Below are positions 14,319 to 28,174 of a stretch of 64,000 bases of DNA, one piece after another; the first letter of the stretch is position 1, and each line of letters opens with the position of its first letter. Made by a program: the position numbers and the translations under genes. This stretch comes from Genypterus blacodes. Taxonomy: Eukaryota. The notes beneath the pieces were generated by a model. It was not told the DNA's origin, ran no database searches, and saw only the letters and a list, made by a program, of their open reading frames with translations. The DNA is taken from NCBI RefSeq assembly GCF_046128005.1, contig NW_027466835.1, positions 4,814,430-4,878,429 of the forward strand. The letters run 5' to 3'.

Positions 14319-14350
<32 letters not shown>
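14319..14350. repeat. (GA)n microsatellite, which is (CT)n on the minus strand
   Basis: An agagag run immediately 5' (on the minus strand) of the ubald2 exon 2 acceptor, where it acts as the polypyrimidine tract. Confidence 0.9.
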
Positions 14351-14353
<3 letters not shown>

Positions 14354-17300
14354 GACAGAGAGACAAAGTTGTGTTATGAGTACTTGCTGTTGAAATTACT
14401 CAGCCACAACAGGCAGGAGTTCAGTCAAACATTAGCCCCGTTTCCTCCTGCCACACAGTGAGAGTCGCCCCACCCCCTCCCCTACACATTCAGCCTACGG
14501 GTCAGTTGACGGGCCGATCACGTGAGCTCAGGGTTAAAACTATTATCCTCCATGTTGTGATCTAAAACGGGAGATTGCGGACCGCAGGGTGGCCTTACAG
14601 CTCAACTAACTGCTGTGGGAAACTTTGACAGAGAGACTCGCCAAATGCCTGTGTGACAAAGCACCTTCCCAATCTTTCCCCACAAGAAAGTCTGCAGCTG
14701 GAGGTCGAGGAGCTGAGAGCAGAGAGGAGCTGTAAAACGTAAACAACTGGTTTAGCAGCTGCCTCCCTGTGCATACAAGGAAATGAGTCGGCGTCTTGTG
14801 TTGTTCCCCTTTGTTGTGAACACACACTTCATGACCTCCTGGAAACAGAAACACACTGATAGCCGAGACGGCCCGAACATCCGGGGAGCTGCTTTCCTCC
14901 CAGCAGGAGAAAGAAACCCTCTAAATAGTGACTATGGAGTGATTCATGGCAATGATGGGAAAAGCTTTGCGAGTGCTGGTGATGTCATTCTTTTGGTGGA
15001 AACAAATCATTGTGTGACACGACCCCCCCACCCCCCCAAGGCTATGGGCTCCATGTTACCATCCGAGCAAAACTGTGTTCTTCAAAGGGCGACGTGTCTG
15101 GGGTTGGAGTGTGAGCTTGTTTTACTGCCCGGCGTAGCCTCCATTTCCCCTTAACTGGAGGCCTCTTTCTTGCCAGCACCTCAATGAATGCCGAGCTCCC
15201 CCAACACACACACACACTCACTCACTCAGCCGCCCTCCCCCCGCACAGTCTCGTTGTTTGACAACAGCAGCGGTAGTGTAGGAATGTCTGCCGTACAACG
15301 TGACACACATAGCAAAGCGTGAAAGTGCTTTGCTGCTATTGTGTTAAAGAGCCACTGAGTCCACGCTGGCCTTTGTCTCCACACAGTTTATTTTTCAGGC
15401 CCCGGGTTCAGGCCACATTGTGGATCTGTGTTTTCTGCTGCTGGGAACACACGCTTTCAAGTGAGGCTCACACATAAAGTCACAGTGGAGCTCACCTACA
15501 ACTGACCGCCGGTAATTTATATCACTTATAAACCACTCCGGTTATTTATATCAAATTTTTCATGAGTTATATGTCTATGGTTGGGCTTTTAGTACAGTGT
15601 AATAGTTTTATACTGCATTGAAAACTGGGCAGATTTAAACAACTGAGGTAAACATAAAGCTATTTTGTTCAAACGGATCATATTAGTGTCCCTAACCCTA
15701 ACTGCCAAAATCCAACTATTCATTTCCATAATTATAGTTAATGTGTTATTTACCTTTTTCCAAACGTCATGTATAAACAATAAATTGACAAAAAACGTCA
15801 AGTGAAGTGTGTAACTGTGGCCATTCAGCTGAAAGACCGTCTACACTCAGTAACGACTCTGAGGAAAATATAAACATTGTAATCTGTCTATGGCAAAACA
15901 GAAACTGGCAAGTGGTGATCACAGAACAAAAGGGCTGTGAGTAACTTTGGCAGGAATACATCATTCTCTAATCCTGCAGATACTTCCTTGATTATACACT
16001 GAAACTTTTACAGCAGTATTTACGATCCTCCTGTCCGTTTAGGAGGAACTTTGGAGTAGTGTCAAGGGGAATGTTTCTGTCAACCATCTATTCAAATACA
16101 ACATGAATGGGCCTTTAGTGTTGTTGTGGAACATGTCGGGCCTCAGCGGGGTGAACGAGGACGGAAGACACCTTGGTCCACGGGTTCACAGCCCGACGGT
16201 AAACAGCAGAGGCAGGCCACTGAGAAAAATCAGGCCACTGCTGTCTCACAGACACGAACAATGGACTGTTTACTACTTTCACACTGAGTCCAGTCAGAGT
16301 GGAGCAAAAACACAATAGCACCTTGTGTTCTCTAATCTTTTATGCATACATGTAGACGGCAATGTGGCAGGGATATATATCTGATAGAAATGTGGATGTC
16401 AAGCAGAGATTAGCACTCCTATAGCTGGTATGTTATCTTGAACAAGGACACTTCAGCAGGGAGGATGTTTGCTGTCATCAGACCAAATCGCCCAGTTGAA
16501 AGACTGTCTTTCAACCACGAGGTTCCACTGTGTGCAAAGAATCTGAACAATCTGAACATAATATGCGGAAAGAGCTGATCATAGACGCCCCTGGGACTTT
16601 CTTGGCTCCAGAGCCGTGTGAAAGGACCGGAATCCAACCCATAAGAAGCCGAGACGCTTCCTCCCACACCTTGGGTTGAACCACCTGGTCAGAGTCGGAC
16701 ACTCAGCGCGGCAACAACCGATTGGCCATAAATGAAGCAGGAGGTGTGGTTTAGGGGAGAACCATCTGGAAGCACAGGCTCAATGCCAGAGAGCCTTCAG
16801 GTGTCCCTCAGCTGTTCACCAGCCGTGATGAATATTTCAAACTAGAAGGCAGAGTGCTTCTCACAGAGGCAATGATACTGTGTGTATGGATCCCAAAGCT
16901 GACATTACTGTTTAATGATCATTTTAGACTCATTATGGGTTTATCTAACATGGTTAGATGTTCTGTCTGGTTTGAAGTGTCTCTACTTTCTTCTAATGTT
17001 TATTGCTTATGTGTGTGTTTCCCTCATTAAGCAAGCCTCTGTGAAGAGTGCTGAGTTCTGTCTGCGTTTCTGTCTTGGGTTTATAGTTTGTTGTTTGTTT
17101 CCACAGGCCCTTGTGACTCTGACATCCACATAGAATGAATGTCCATAGTGTTTACACGGAAGGACTTTTGGCTTCATATCAAGAAAAACGAATTTATAAA
17201 AAAATCTGCTAAAAATCCAATTAACTAATGGAATGAATTGTATTTAACAAACATCTGCCATTTCTACTTGTTTTGATTCTCTACCACAACTTATTCGGTG

Positions 17301-18040
17301 TACCGTCATCAGACACCACAGTTTGAGAACCATTGTTGATAAACACTGTTATCTTTCATTATCTTTCTTTGATAAATAATGACAAAGATAAGAAGTTTGG
17401 CCTCTTTATCTCATCTCTCAATTGAAGCACAACGTGAATTTTAACGTTCAATCTCACTGTCGAGTCTTAATTTAATAACTTATACTTCTAAAATAGGGAC
17501 ATGTGCGAGTTAAACGTGTGACGTTGCTTTAAACCAGCAAAGCAGGGTTTCATATCATCATGACCACGATTGCGTAAAATACAGAAACGAGCCGAACCTG
17601 TTAGTTTTAATCGTCGAGGAATGAGCGGATGTGGGTGTTGTGTGGACATGAGAGAACTTCGTGTTACCAGACGGGCCTCGTCTGACAAGATGGCATCAAT
17701 GATTCAAGCCTAAAGCTGTGTTTTTGAATACAACAGTCGAAATCTGTGACAGTAATCTGTTTAGGACGATGTCTGAATGTCCAAATAATCCAACCAGCGT
17801 CTCGGCTAACAATAGTTAGCTTAGCAATGACACAGTGGATTCCAGTGGAGAATGTAAACAAAAACGGCCATTGAGTGGAGCACCACGTCCTCAGCGCTGG
17901 CTAGCTCGCTAACGTTAGCTACATGGTCGCATGGCCGGATAGAAAACATTCCGTCTCTCACACAGGGAAAACATCTGAATATGTCGACTTAAGGTGGTCG
18001 TCTTGTCACACATCGGCAAAGCAGTTATTCGTTCGTTTCA

Positions 18041-18292
<252 letters not shown>

Positions 18293-18398
18293 TCACAGCG
18301 GGTCCTTCCTGCCTGTCTCTCCTCTGTCTCCGCAGCTTCCAACAGCAACAACAATATTTTCATGTCATCACCAACAACAAAGACGAAACCGGTCGCTG

Positions 18399-18444
18399 AT
18401 TGGTCAGCTGCAGGGCGAGATAGTACTAGCAGAGCGCTGATTGG
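18399..18444 (-). promoter_or_regulatory. ubald2: ubald2 proximal promoter: two CCAAT boxes (minus strand) plus ETS-like CCGGAAG
   Basis: gctGATTGGtcag at 18399-18403 and gctGATTGGctat at 18440-18444 read CCAAT on the coding (minus) strand. They lie 200-250 bp upstream of the ATG at 18196. Further ATTGG copies sit near 18617 and 18650. cttccggt and tccggg motifs are near 18555-18570. No TATA box is present. Confidence 0.5.
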
Positions 18445-21400
18445 CTATCAACCAGAAGCGTTTAAAAAGTAGAGGTGGGCTTGTTTTTATAAAGGACACT
18501 GCTGGCGAACGGAGTCAAGCACAATTGGCTTTTATAATGATAGCCCCGCCCTCTTCCGGTTTTCCGGGTTGGTGATACACGCGCGTTTGATGATGTCCGT
18601 TACACTGACGCACGCGTTTCATTGGATGCTGTGCAAATCCATAGAGCCCATTGGTTGCTTCGTCATGCAGGCAGCCAGCACGAGCCATAGTATGTCACGT
18701 CAACATTATATTTTGTTTACATTTTCAGGGACGATCTGGACCTCTGAAATCTCACAAAAAACACCAAAACTCTTACCAATTTCGCGTTTTAAAAGTTGTA
18801 CACCTGAATGTTTTGTTCGATGGTTTTTATTTAGTCATTGTTTTTTGTTGAGCTGTTTTACCCTATTTTCTTATTATTTACAGTTACCAGTGAGCCAGTA
18901 AAAGTAATCATTCAGTCACACAGACACTGACTTAACTCACACCTTGTTTATGCTGACTTATGGAGGTTGTCATATGATCACCCTTTTTAATGAAGGTCAA
19001 ATGCTTTTAATGCCAGTTAGTCATTGCAAAAGTTGAAAATTACTGTACGAGCCAAAGCTGAACAAACGTTTAGACATGTATAAGTATGACATCTTTGTCG
19101 TTAGTTATTACAAGCCAATTGGAATTTACATAAGCACTCCCCGAGAAAGCCTATCTGTTTAACATGAAGTTGTGTAACAAGTATAAAACCACACTGTGTT
19201 ACTTGTAAAGCCACTGTCATTCACAACAAATGGAGTAACCTGGTCTCTTCATAAAATAAAAATGGAACCTTTGGAGGCTTTTTTAGGTTACCATGCACAT
19301 GATATAGTACATTTCCTTTAAAACATCTATTCAAATTTAAACCTTGCATGAAAAAGCAAATCCAACATTAGACCTATCATTTAAATCACTTAAATGCAGC
19401 ATTGCTATAATGTCTCCTGCATCATGGGTCATGCAGTTTCATGCAGTTGATTAGCTTTATATTAGCTGCTTAATCTTTTTAATTATAGTGTGTATTACAA
19501 TTTTCATTTATTCTCACAAACATCATACAAGTGAAGCACATACTTTGTATGTGGAATGTGTTTGTGACTCATACACTGTAGAGAGCTATACAGCTCATTG
19601 CCTTCAGTATGTTGTACTTTTATTGGCCTATTTATAGAACATATGCACAGGCCAATTATGCTGATCTATTGCAGGGATATGAAAGTGTAACATTATCAGG
19701 CAGCCTCCTGCCTGTCTCCATGCTGACTTGGACAGAGTGAAGACAGCAGCTCACACTTTAATCTTCTTATCATCTTTTGAGCAGCTCTTGGCTCCAGGCC
19801 GTCGAGTTCTCTTTCTGCCACTGGGCTGAATAATTCAGCTTTGGTGTAGGCGAAAGCACATGTGACAGAGGAAGGCCATCTATTATGTATTGTTGGAAGG
19901 TGTTACCTGAATGTTGCTTGATGCGGGCCAACAATGGATTTGAGACCAGGCAACAAAGGCCTCACAGCTCCTGAAGCAAGTGTGACAGCACCGAGTGTGA
20001 AACCTAATGATTGCATGCAGCTTATTTAAGCACTTTCAGACAGTCTGATGCAGGGATAAATGACTAAGTAAAGATAATGTATTCAAGTGAACTGAAAAGT
20101 TTCATCTGAGCTCCATTCCTTCGGGGTTTTTTTCATTGACATTGTATTTTACATAAAAACTCAATTAGCAGTTTTATTTTTTATTTCCATCAAAAAGTTC
20201 ATCATGAATGAAGCAGAAAACCATTCCAATTCCAAAACGAAACCAAGATTTCCTTGGGCACTTGGCTGTCGTCAGTATAATTGCTTCCTGATTTGATTAT
20301 GAAACCCTTTGCAAGTGTTTCTTCACCAAAACAAGATCATGAGGGGCAGGGCTGTAGTAAGTCCTTGAGGGAATGATTAACATCATGATCTTCACAAAGT
20401 GGACTTTGTAACCAGGGGCTACCGGGATGCCTTGCTTGTTTTGCAAACCATATGTTGTCATCCATACCGTTTGTTTTCCCGTGACTTGTGCGCCAGTCAG
20501 TTACAGCCCTGATTCACTTTGTTTGCAGACAATAGTAGAATGGTAAGATTGTACGAAGAACGAATTATACGGTATGAATAAGATGGCAGAGACTATACAT
20601 AGCATAAACATTTAAATTAAAATATATATTAGAAATTAAACCAGGACCATTACATGAGTGACATGGATTGACTGGTTAATTTTTTGGGTGACCTTTGTTC
20701 TCATATCAGCTTCTTTGGGGTTTATCACAATACATATGACCAGACTTCAAATTTATTGAATTCACAGATATGTATATAATATATTTATTTGGTAGCAAAA
20801 TGCTCACAATGTTACTCTATGTTATTTTTTTTTAACTAACTTTAACTACAGTCAGTATATTTGCACTCAAAGTATGGTTTTATGTATTTGTATATGCATG
20901 CTTATGTGTCCTGTCAAGTAAAGCACATAAAGTGTACGTAAACTATACATTTTCTCCAAGTTGCAGTTGAAGAGAACAGAACGCAGCTCGGATTTAATTT
21001 GATCATCTGGCGCCCTCATCTGTCACACATATAGCATTGCACCTAAATACACAAAAAAAAGACAGAATGACACATTTATTTTCTTAGTTTAGACTACAAA
21101 AACATCGATGCATATTTCGTGCCGTTATACTGGAATTCGATTACATACCATTGACAGACATTTTTGCCTTAATATGCTTCGTAATGATTTCACCATTTTC
21201 AGATCTTTCACAGTGATCTCTCTACACATCAATTTAGCTACAATATCTTATCATCTAATCCCTCATACACACCATGAGCCAGCATAACATAAACATGAAG
21301 ATGAGTTTTAAATTCGTTCACTTTTTTATCTTATATTTAAAATTTGAAACCAGAATTTTACCTTTAGAGGCTGGGGAAATTGACCACTAATTGTTTAACA

Positions 21401-23176
21401 TGATGCTTTAATAAGATTTTTCACAAGAGTAGCATTTGTGTATGCATATACAGTGTGTGTGTGTGTGTTTATTTATGCATGTGTGCGCCCAGGCCAGTCT
21501 GTGTGTCAAGTCCACCATCAGACTGCACCTGCATCTTGTCTTAGTCCCCTGTCTGTTTTGAGGAAAGCCCAGCCCTCTCTGACCCATCATCCTGCAGGGT
21601 TACGGTGCTTGGCTGTCCCATTCTGACCTCTGACCTCTCCTGGAGGTGACGTGACGGGGCTCTGTCTGCATTTGCGTGACTCTGCCATGAATGATTTAGT
21701 CTTGGGGAGAACAATGACCTCTAAGTTGGACAATGATTTGCATTTTCAGGTGAATATTCAGGTGAGAGAAAATGAAGATGTTAAAAGTGAAAGCAGATGT
21801 CTTGTTCCTTTTCTATTATGTGTGGCTACAAGTTTTACTGATTGGTTTGTGCCCCTTTGCTAAACCATATAGATAAAGTATACAGCAAACAAGAGAAAGA
21901 GCAATGTGGTTGTTCTTTTCTTTCTTTGTGTTTCAACCTGCGCTCGTTTCTTTGACCATATTTGGCCCATATGATGACAGAGCAAAGGAACACACAGCTC
22001 CAGCGCCATTAAATCACTAACAAACAAAAAACTTGGACCCAGGTTTTGGACTTATAGGTGGGCGTGTGTGAAGGAATGTACTTTTGTCCATAAGACAGAG
22101 AGGGAGGAAAAAGGCAAAACAAAAAGGTTTGGCCCCTTTAGCGTTCTATTAGTGTGGCTGAGTGGTTTCCTGAGGCCCTTGACAAAAGCAAGTGTAAAGC
22201 AATAAAAAGGCTTCCTCACCTCTCAAACCTTGTCGTCTCTTCAAAGCTGGGCGAGGAGCACCATGCGCCCCTGATGACACCCAGTTTAAATGGGTCCACT
22301 CCGTACTTAAGTGGGGAGGGTGACCTGCACAAACGGGATAAAAAGAGGACGCAGCCTCTCGTGGTTATATTTCTTATCAATGGATAGAGGCAGTCCTGTC
22401 CATCAGCTGGGACAAATAGCCCTCCAATTAGTTGTCATAAGAGAATGAAAGGGTTCAACGATGCAAATGATTAACCTTTGAATTGTATGACTAAACACAG
22501 TGTATGCTGCAATTAAGTCTGACTTTGTACTTATTTAAGTCCCTCTTTTGTAAAACTTTCATGTGTAAACTAGCAGTTTGTGACTATATTCTGAATGTTT
22601 TTTTAAATATTCAAAGTAAAATTGAAACATTCAGACAATTAATCGGGAAATTGCATTGTTTTTAAAATGTGCAAATAAAATGTATACATTCTGACACATT
22701 TTTAATCCATAAATGCTAAATTATTTTCTCTTTCTGTACTGGATTAGTAGTTTCAGTCAGATTATGTACTCAATAATCACAATAGCAGTCACAAAGGAAC
22801 ATGCTGGTAAGATCAGGCTTATATATTTGTATTTCTGAAAGAGTTTGAGGGGAAAAAAATAGCTTTATAGATCTTAATGAAGATAAAACCTTTGACTTAT
22901 TCATTTCTGCTTGTCATTGAGGCTTGGCACTAGTTTATTTGCCAACTTCCGCATTGTTTTTGTTGTAAATATTCATCTTATAGGAGCCCAGAGAGCTACT
23001 AACATCATTCTGGCATCTACATTTTCTAATCAAAACATTTTAGAGGGTTAAATAAATGGAATCTTCAAGAAATGAGCCAGAAGAGGATCCCTGGGCCTCA
23101 GTTTGAGAACCTGCACAGCAGCAGCCACAGTTGACTTGAGGGTGATTAAAAATGAAGCACTATAGAAACCAGCAGG

Positions 23177-23303
23177 CCAATGGGGGAACGGGAAGCTGTT
23201 TACAAGGGGGTGTAGCGTTTCTATGGTTGCTGGACAAACCTCCTGCACCAGGTATTAAACTGCCTCCCCGACGGTTCCTCCAGCCGTTGCCACCCATTAT
23301 AAA
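23177..23303 (+). promoter_or_regulatory. foxj1: foxj1 distal candidate promoter: CCAAT, forkhead TGTTTAC, X-box-like GTTGCTGGACAAAC, Gli-like GCCACCCA, TATAAA
   Basis: The motifs are CCAAT at 23177-23181, TGTTTAC at 23197-23203, gttgctggacaaac at 23226-23239 and TATAAA at 23298-23303. A possible noncoding exon ends at donor caag|GTGAGT at 23458. Confidence 0.35.
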
Positions 23304-23989
23304 GAGCTCAAGAGTCCCTTCACACACTGAGGAAGATCATCCGGAGGAATTTCTTCTTTTTCTCCCTCAACAGGTGCGAAATACAGCAGGAAACCACAAA
23401 AGCTGCTTTTAATTTGGGATTAGAAGTGGTTCCTTTCAAGATAAAAGCTGACACAAGGTGAGTTTTAATATTCATTCTAAGGGTGATAGATCGTTTTATG
23501 ATAGTTCAGGAAAATTTGAAGTTTATGTGCTTGATTGAAACGGTGGTAGGTTAACACAACTCCTAACAAATATGTTACCACAATAAACTGTGTAATAATT
23601 AGAAATAGAATGATACTACAATAATAACCGTTTAGCCAAAATTAAAACAACTAACTCTTCGGTTGTTTACAGCCTTTCTAAATGACAAAAAGGACTAGAT
23701 TACACATTTAACATTTAATTCTGTGAGAATGTGGCATCTTGGCGAAGATGCCGCAGGTGCTTTCTGAGCTGAGCGTCAAGTGCGCAGCTGGGTTCTTCGG
23801 GAAAGTTCTCTGGCCTCCAGGAGGGAAATGTTGCTCCATATCATGAGCACATATCAACAGGTTTCTTTCCCGATTTCCCTCGACTTTTACCGTTTATGAC
23901 GTTTCATTTCCACGTCGTTATGAGAGAAATCCAGATTGTGATTGACGACGGAAATCAATGAAGAATAGGAATGGAAATTTACCGATCAA

Positions 23990-24052
23990 CCGCGCGCGCC
24001 CGCACGAACGCTCGCGCACCCGCACGCGCACCGGGCCCATGTCTTTAAATAG
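23990..24052 (+). promoter_or_regulatory. foxj1: foxj1 proximal candidate core promoter: CpG block plus TATA-like TTTAAATAG about 120 bp upstream of the ATG
   Basis: ccgcgcgcgcccgcacgaacgctcgcgcacccgcacgcgcaccgggccc is followed by tttaaatag at 24044-24052. The ATG is at 24173. Confidence 0.4.
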
Positions 24053-24172
24053 CAGCATCATTGTTCTGAGGCACTTAGTTGAAGTTGTGGTGTCTGTTTC
24101 CCCCGCTGACAGGAGGTGGCAGGGGGAGGAGAAGGAGCCGAGGAGCTGGAGTGACAGAGAGCTGGAGGAGCG

Positions 24173-24736
24173 ATGCTGTCCCTAAGCTGTGCAGACCCCT
24201 GGCCCGAACACTCGGTGGGCCTGGAGGAGGAGGTGGTGACGGCCGCGGCCCAGGTGGAGGAGCGGGACAACGACCCCGTTGGCGGCGGCGGCGGCGGCTG
24301 CTGCAGCTCCGTCAACCTGGACGACAGCCTGACCAGCCTGCAGTGGCTCCAGGAGTTCTCCATCCTCAGTGCCAACGTGCCCCAGCAGGCCCACCACCAG
24401 CCTCACCTCTTCGGACACCAGCAGCTTGGTTTCGAGGCCCCGGCGTCTCCCTTGGCCGGGGATCCCGCTTCCTTCGACACACCCCTGACCCCGGGGAAGC
24501 CCACCGCGGCGGCGTACAGTAGGCGTCAGTCCCTCCCAGGCATCGTCGCCCACGGCCACTGCCCCATAGATGTGGACTACAGGACCAACTCTCACATCAA
24601 GCCGCCCTACTCCTACGCCACGCTCATTTGCATGGCCATGCAGGCCAGCAAGAAGACCAAGGTCACCCTGTCCTGCATCTACAAGTGGATCACTGACAAC
24701 TTCTGCTACTACCGCCATGCTGACCCCACCTGGCAG
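24173..24736 (+). CDS. foxj1: foxj1 coding exon 1 (188 codons, N-terminal half of forkhead domain)
   Basis: ORF 24173..24859 contains [17 protein letters not shown] and [46 protein letters not shown]. These match human FOXJ1 (HFH-4). The donor GTAAGA at 24737 follows the Gln codon, the same intron position as in human FOXJ1. Whether this is the foxj1a or foxj1b paralog cannot be decided from the sequence. Confidence 0.9.
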
Positions 24737-25674
24737 GTAAGAGATGCCACACTGCAGACACACCAACCGTCATATGATTGTCGCTCTTGTTTTTTCATAA
24801 CTACATCTTCTTGGCGTGTACAGTTTGTTGTTGGATGTGTTCTGTGGTTACTGTTTTGACAAAAGCAACAATAACAAATCATTTGGTTTATGACCTCCAG
24901 TTTGCACCTGAATACAATAACAAATACATATGTGATACTGCAAACAGACCCATTTATACCACTACATATTAACATATTTATATACACACATTCACTCACT
25001 CTAAAAAACATTTAAAGAGTTTCCGCCAAGTTTCATTGAGAATCTGAGTTGCCATATCACCATCGTTTGGCACATTACTTACTTTCTCTTCTATTTAAAC
25101 AACCATAATAAATAGATTTTTAGACAAATGTAACATATTTAGACGCCTAAGCCAAGAACACAGTAACACAGTGCATCTATCTGTTAAAAGTGGGTTGCAG
25201 GTGTTTCTGCCTGAGCACAAGGAGATAATGGGGGAGTAAAGAACGGGCAGTAGGGCGGCAACAGCACAGATTCCCTCCAGCAAGGGAAGGAATTTTTGGG
25301 AAAAGTTTAATTTAGCCGGTTAAATGATTGATGAACCTGTGTGCTGTACGCCCTCGTTTAAGCGTCTGGCTGAGGCGTTCCAGAGCATTTTGTTATTCCA
25401 AGCCAGTACATGGGGCAGATAATATTTAACAAAGGTCTTGGGGTCACCGCTCTATTTAGACTTCAGCAGAGGGGGAGCAGAGAGCCGGTGATGAATGAAA
25501 GGGTACACAGTGCATTAATGTGATGCATGTTTCTCAGCCAGCTGTACTTCCTGCTGTGCTGCAGGGAAACGTGCAATCGGTTTACAGATTGTTTACAAAA
25601 ACGTCTCTGTTTGATGAAGCAAAGCCAGTATGTACGCTGTCATGTAAAGATCCTGCTCCCTGTTTTTGTTTTAG

Positions 25675-26508
<834 letters not shown>

Positions 26509-28168
26509 GGACTAGGTGCTTTGTCAGTCCCACTTCACTCCACTAATCCTTGGCAACACTCGTAGAGAATAATAAAAAAGAGGAAACAGCTTACAGGAAC
26601 GGACCTATTTACACTTCAGCAGAACTTCAAGAGTCCTTTCAAGTATTTTCTGACTTACATTTTGATGCTGATCGCTTGTGGTGGAAGCCTGGTGGATGAA
26701 TGCCACTATATACAGTAGAAATTAGTTGAATCTTTGCTGGGTGCAGGTTGATTTGTTTACAGCATGTTCCTGTTGTAGTTACAGGCTACATCAGGCTCGT
26801 ATCTTGATAGATCAGCACAGGAGGACGCCATGGTAAACGAGATACATTGGAAATGAGCGGATGCCAGCACAGAAACAGAATGCGTTTCTTTCAGAGGACA
26901 GTAAAGCAATTCTTGGACAGCTCTTTTGAATTGAGGAAATCTGAGATGGGCGACAGCAAACAGCTACAGACTCCAGGCCAAAGCTGTGAATTGAAGACGT
27001 GATTGATAGAGATGCTTTGTTTTAGCTCCTTTTAAATGGAAGACAAACACGCAGAATACTGAATACACGTCTCAGTTTCTATTGAAGACCTTTTCAACGA
27101 GAATTGGTTTTGTTTTAAAAGGACAACAAAGACTGTGACAACAGCACTACATTGATCAATGAGATATTTGCCAAATGACATCTGATGTAGTGAATGAATA
27201 GTTTTCTGTGCAGGGTTTTGGGTTGTAACTAGTAATCTGTTTATAGTGATTCAGGATACATTGCATTTCTAAGTATTGAGAGTAAGATCAGAATGTGTAA
27301 AGGTGACTTAAAGACTTAAATATTCCTTGTGGAAGTACTTAATAGCCGATGTGATATTTCAGTACGACATAGCAGAGAGTACCTGGGGTCACAAGGCGTT
27401 GTAGAGGACACAGCCTGGCTAAAGTTAAAATGAACACAAAACAGCTCCAGGCGCAAAATTTCCTACCAAGAATCTTAAAATGCTCACTTTTGAAAGGCCA
27501 GAGCGCCTTGTAAATGAATACCCGACCTTCTATGTGCCAAGAACAACACTTGGGATTCGTCAGGGTGGCAGTGTTAAGAGGCTGTGTTTTTATTGAAAAG
27601 AGCAAATGTCGCATTTTTGGGATTTCTTTTTTGTTTTGTAATGGTGAACTCGAGGAGGTGGAAGGAAAATGAACAAATGAATTGATGCAGCAGGGGTAGT
27701 GGTTAGTTGATTCCTTATATTGATGTTTCCCTTTTCGTTCGTATTTAGAATCTTATATAGACTAACTAAAATTGTCTATGTCCAGACGTGCTAGAGTCTT
27801 GTTTTCATTCCTGGTTTGCTCGTTCTCTAAAATGTGTGAAAGTGCAATCGGTGTACAAGGATACTTGTATTTTACATTCAGTGCATTCAGCTGTAGGAGT
27901 CTAGACGAGCAGTTTACTTTAGAGAAACCAGTTTCACCATTTTGCATACTTTGAAGTGCGAATACACTTTGGTAGGAGAGAGCTCCCCCCCTTTTCCATT
28001 AAATGTTTGTGTTTTAGCTAATCCATGTGATCAAATAACGCTTGTGTTATGAATGCTGACCATAATATTGGCATCTTACCTCATGATTGGTTCTATTATT
28101 GTAGGAGACTCTGTATGCATTCTTTTACTTCCATTGTTTTATTTTATTGTTTTCCACTTTTCTTTGAC

Positions 28169-28174
28169 AATAAA
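28169..28174 (+). terminator. foxj1: candidate foxj1 polyadenylation signal AATAAA
   Basis: caATAAAAaactttaaacttgagtttg is followed by a GT/T-rich stretch, about 1.66 kb after the stop codon. A nearer AATAAA at 26571-26576 is only 63 nt after the stop. Confidence 0.35.

Noticed and set aside
26571-26576. AATAAA 63 nt after the foxj1 stop codon
   Set aside because: It is unusually close for the main 3' end and lacks a clear downstream GU-rich element. It is kept only as a possible minor site, and the 28169 signal is preferred.
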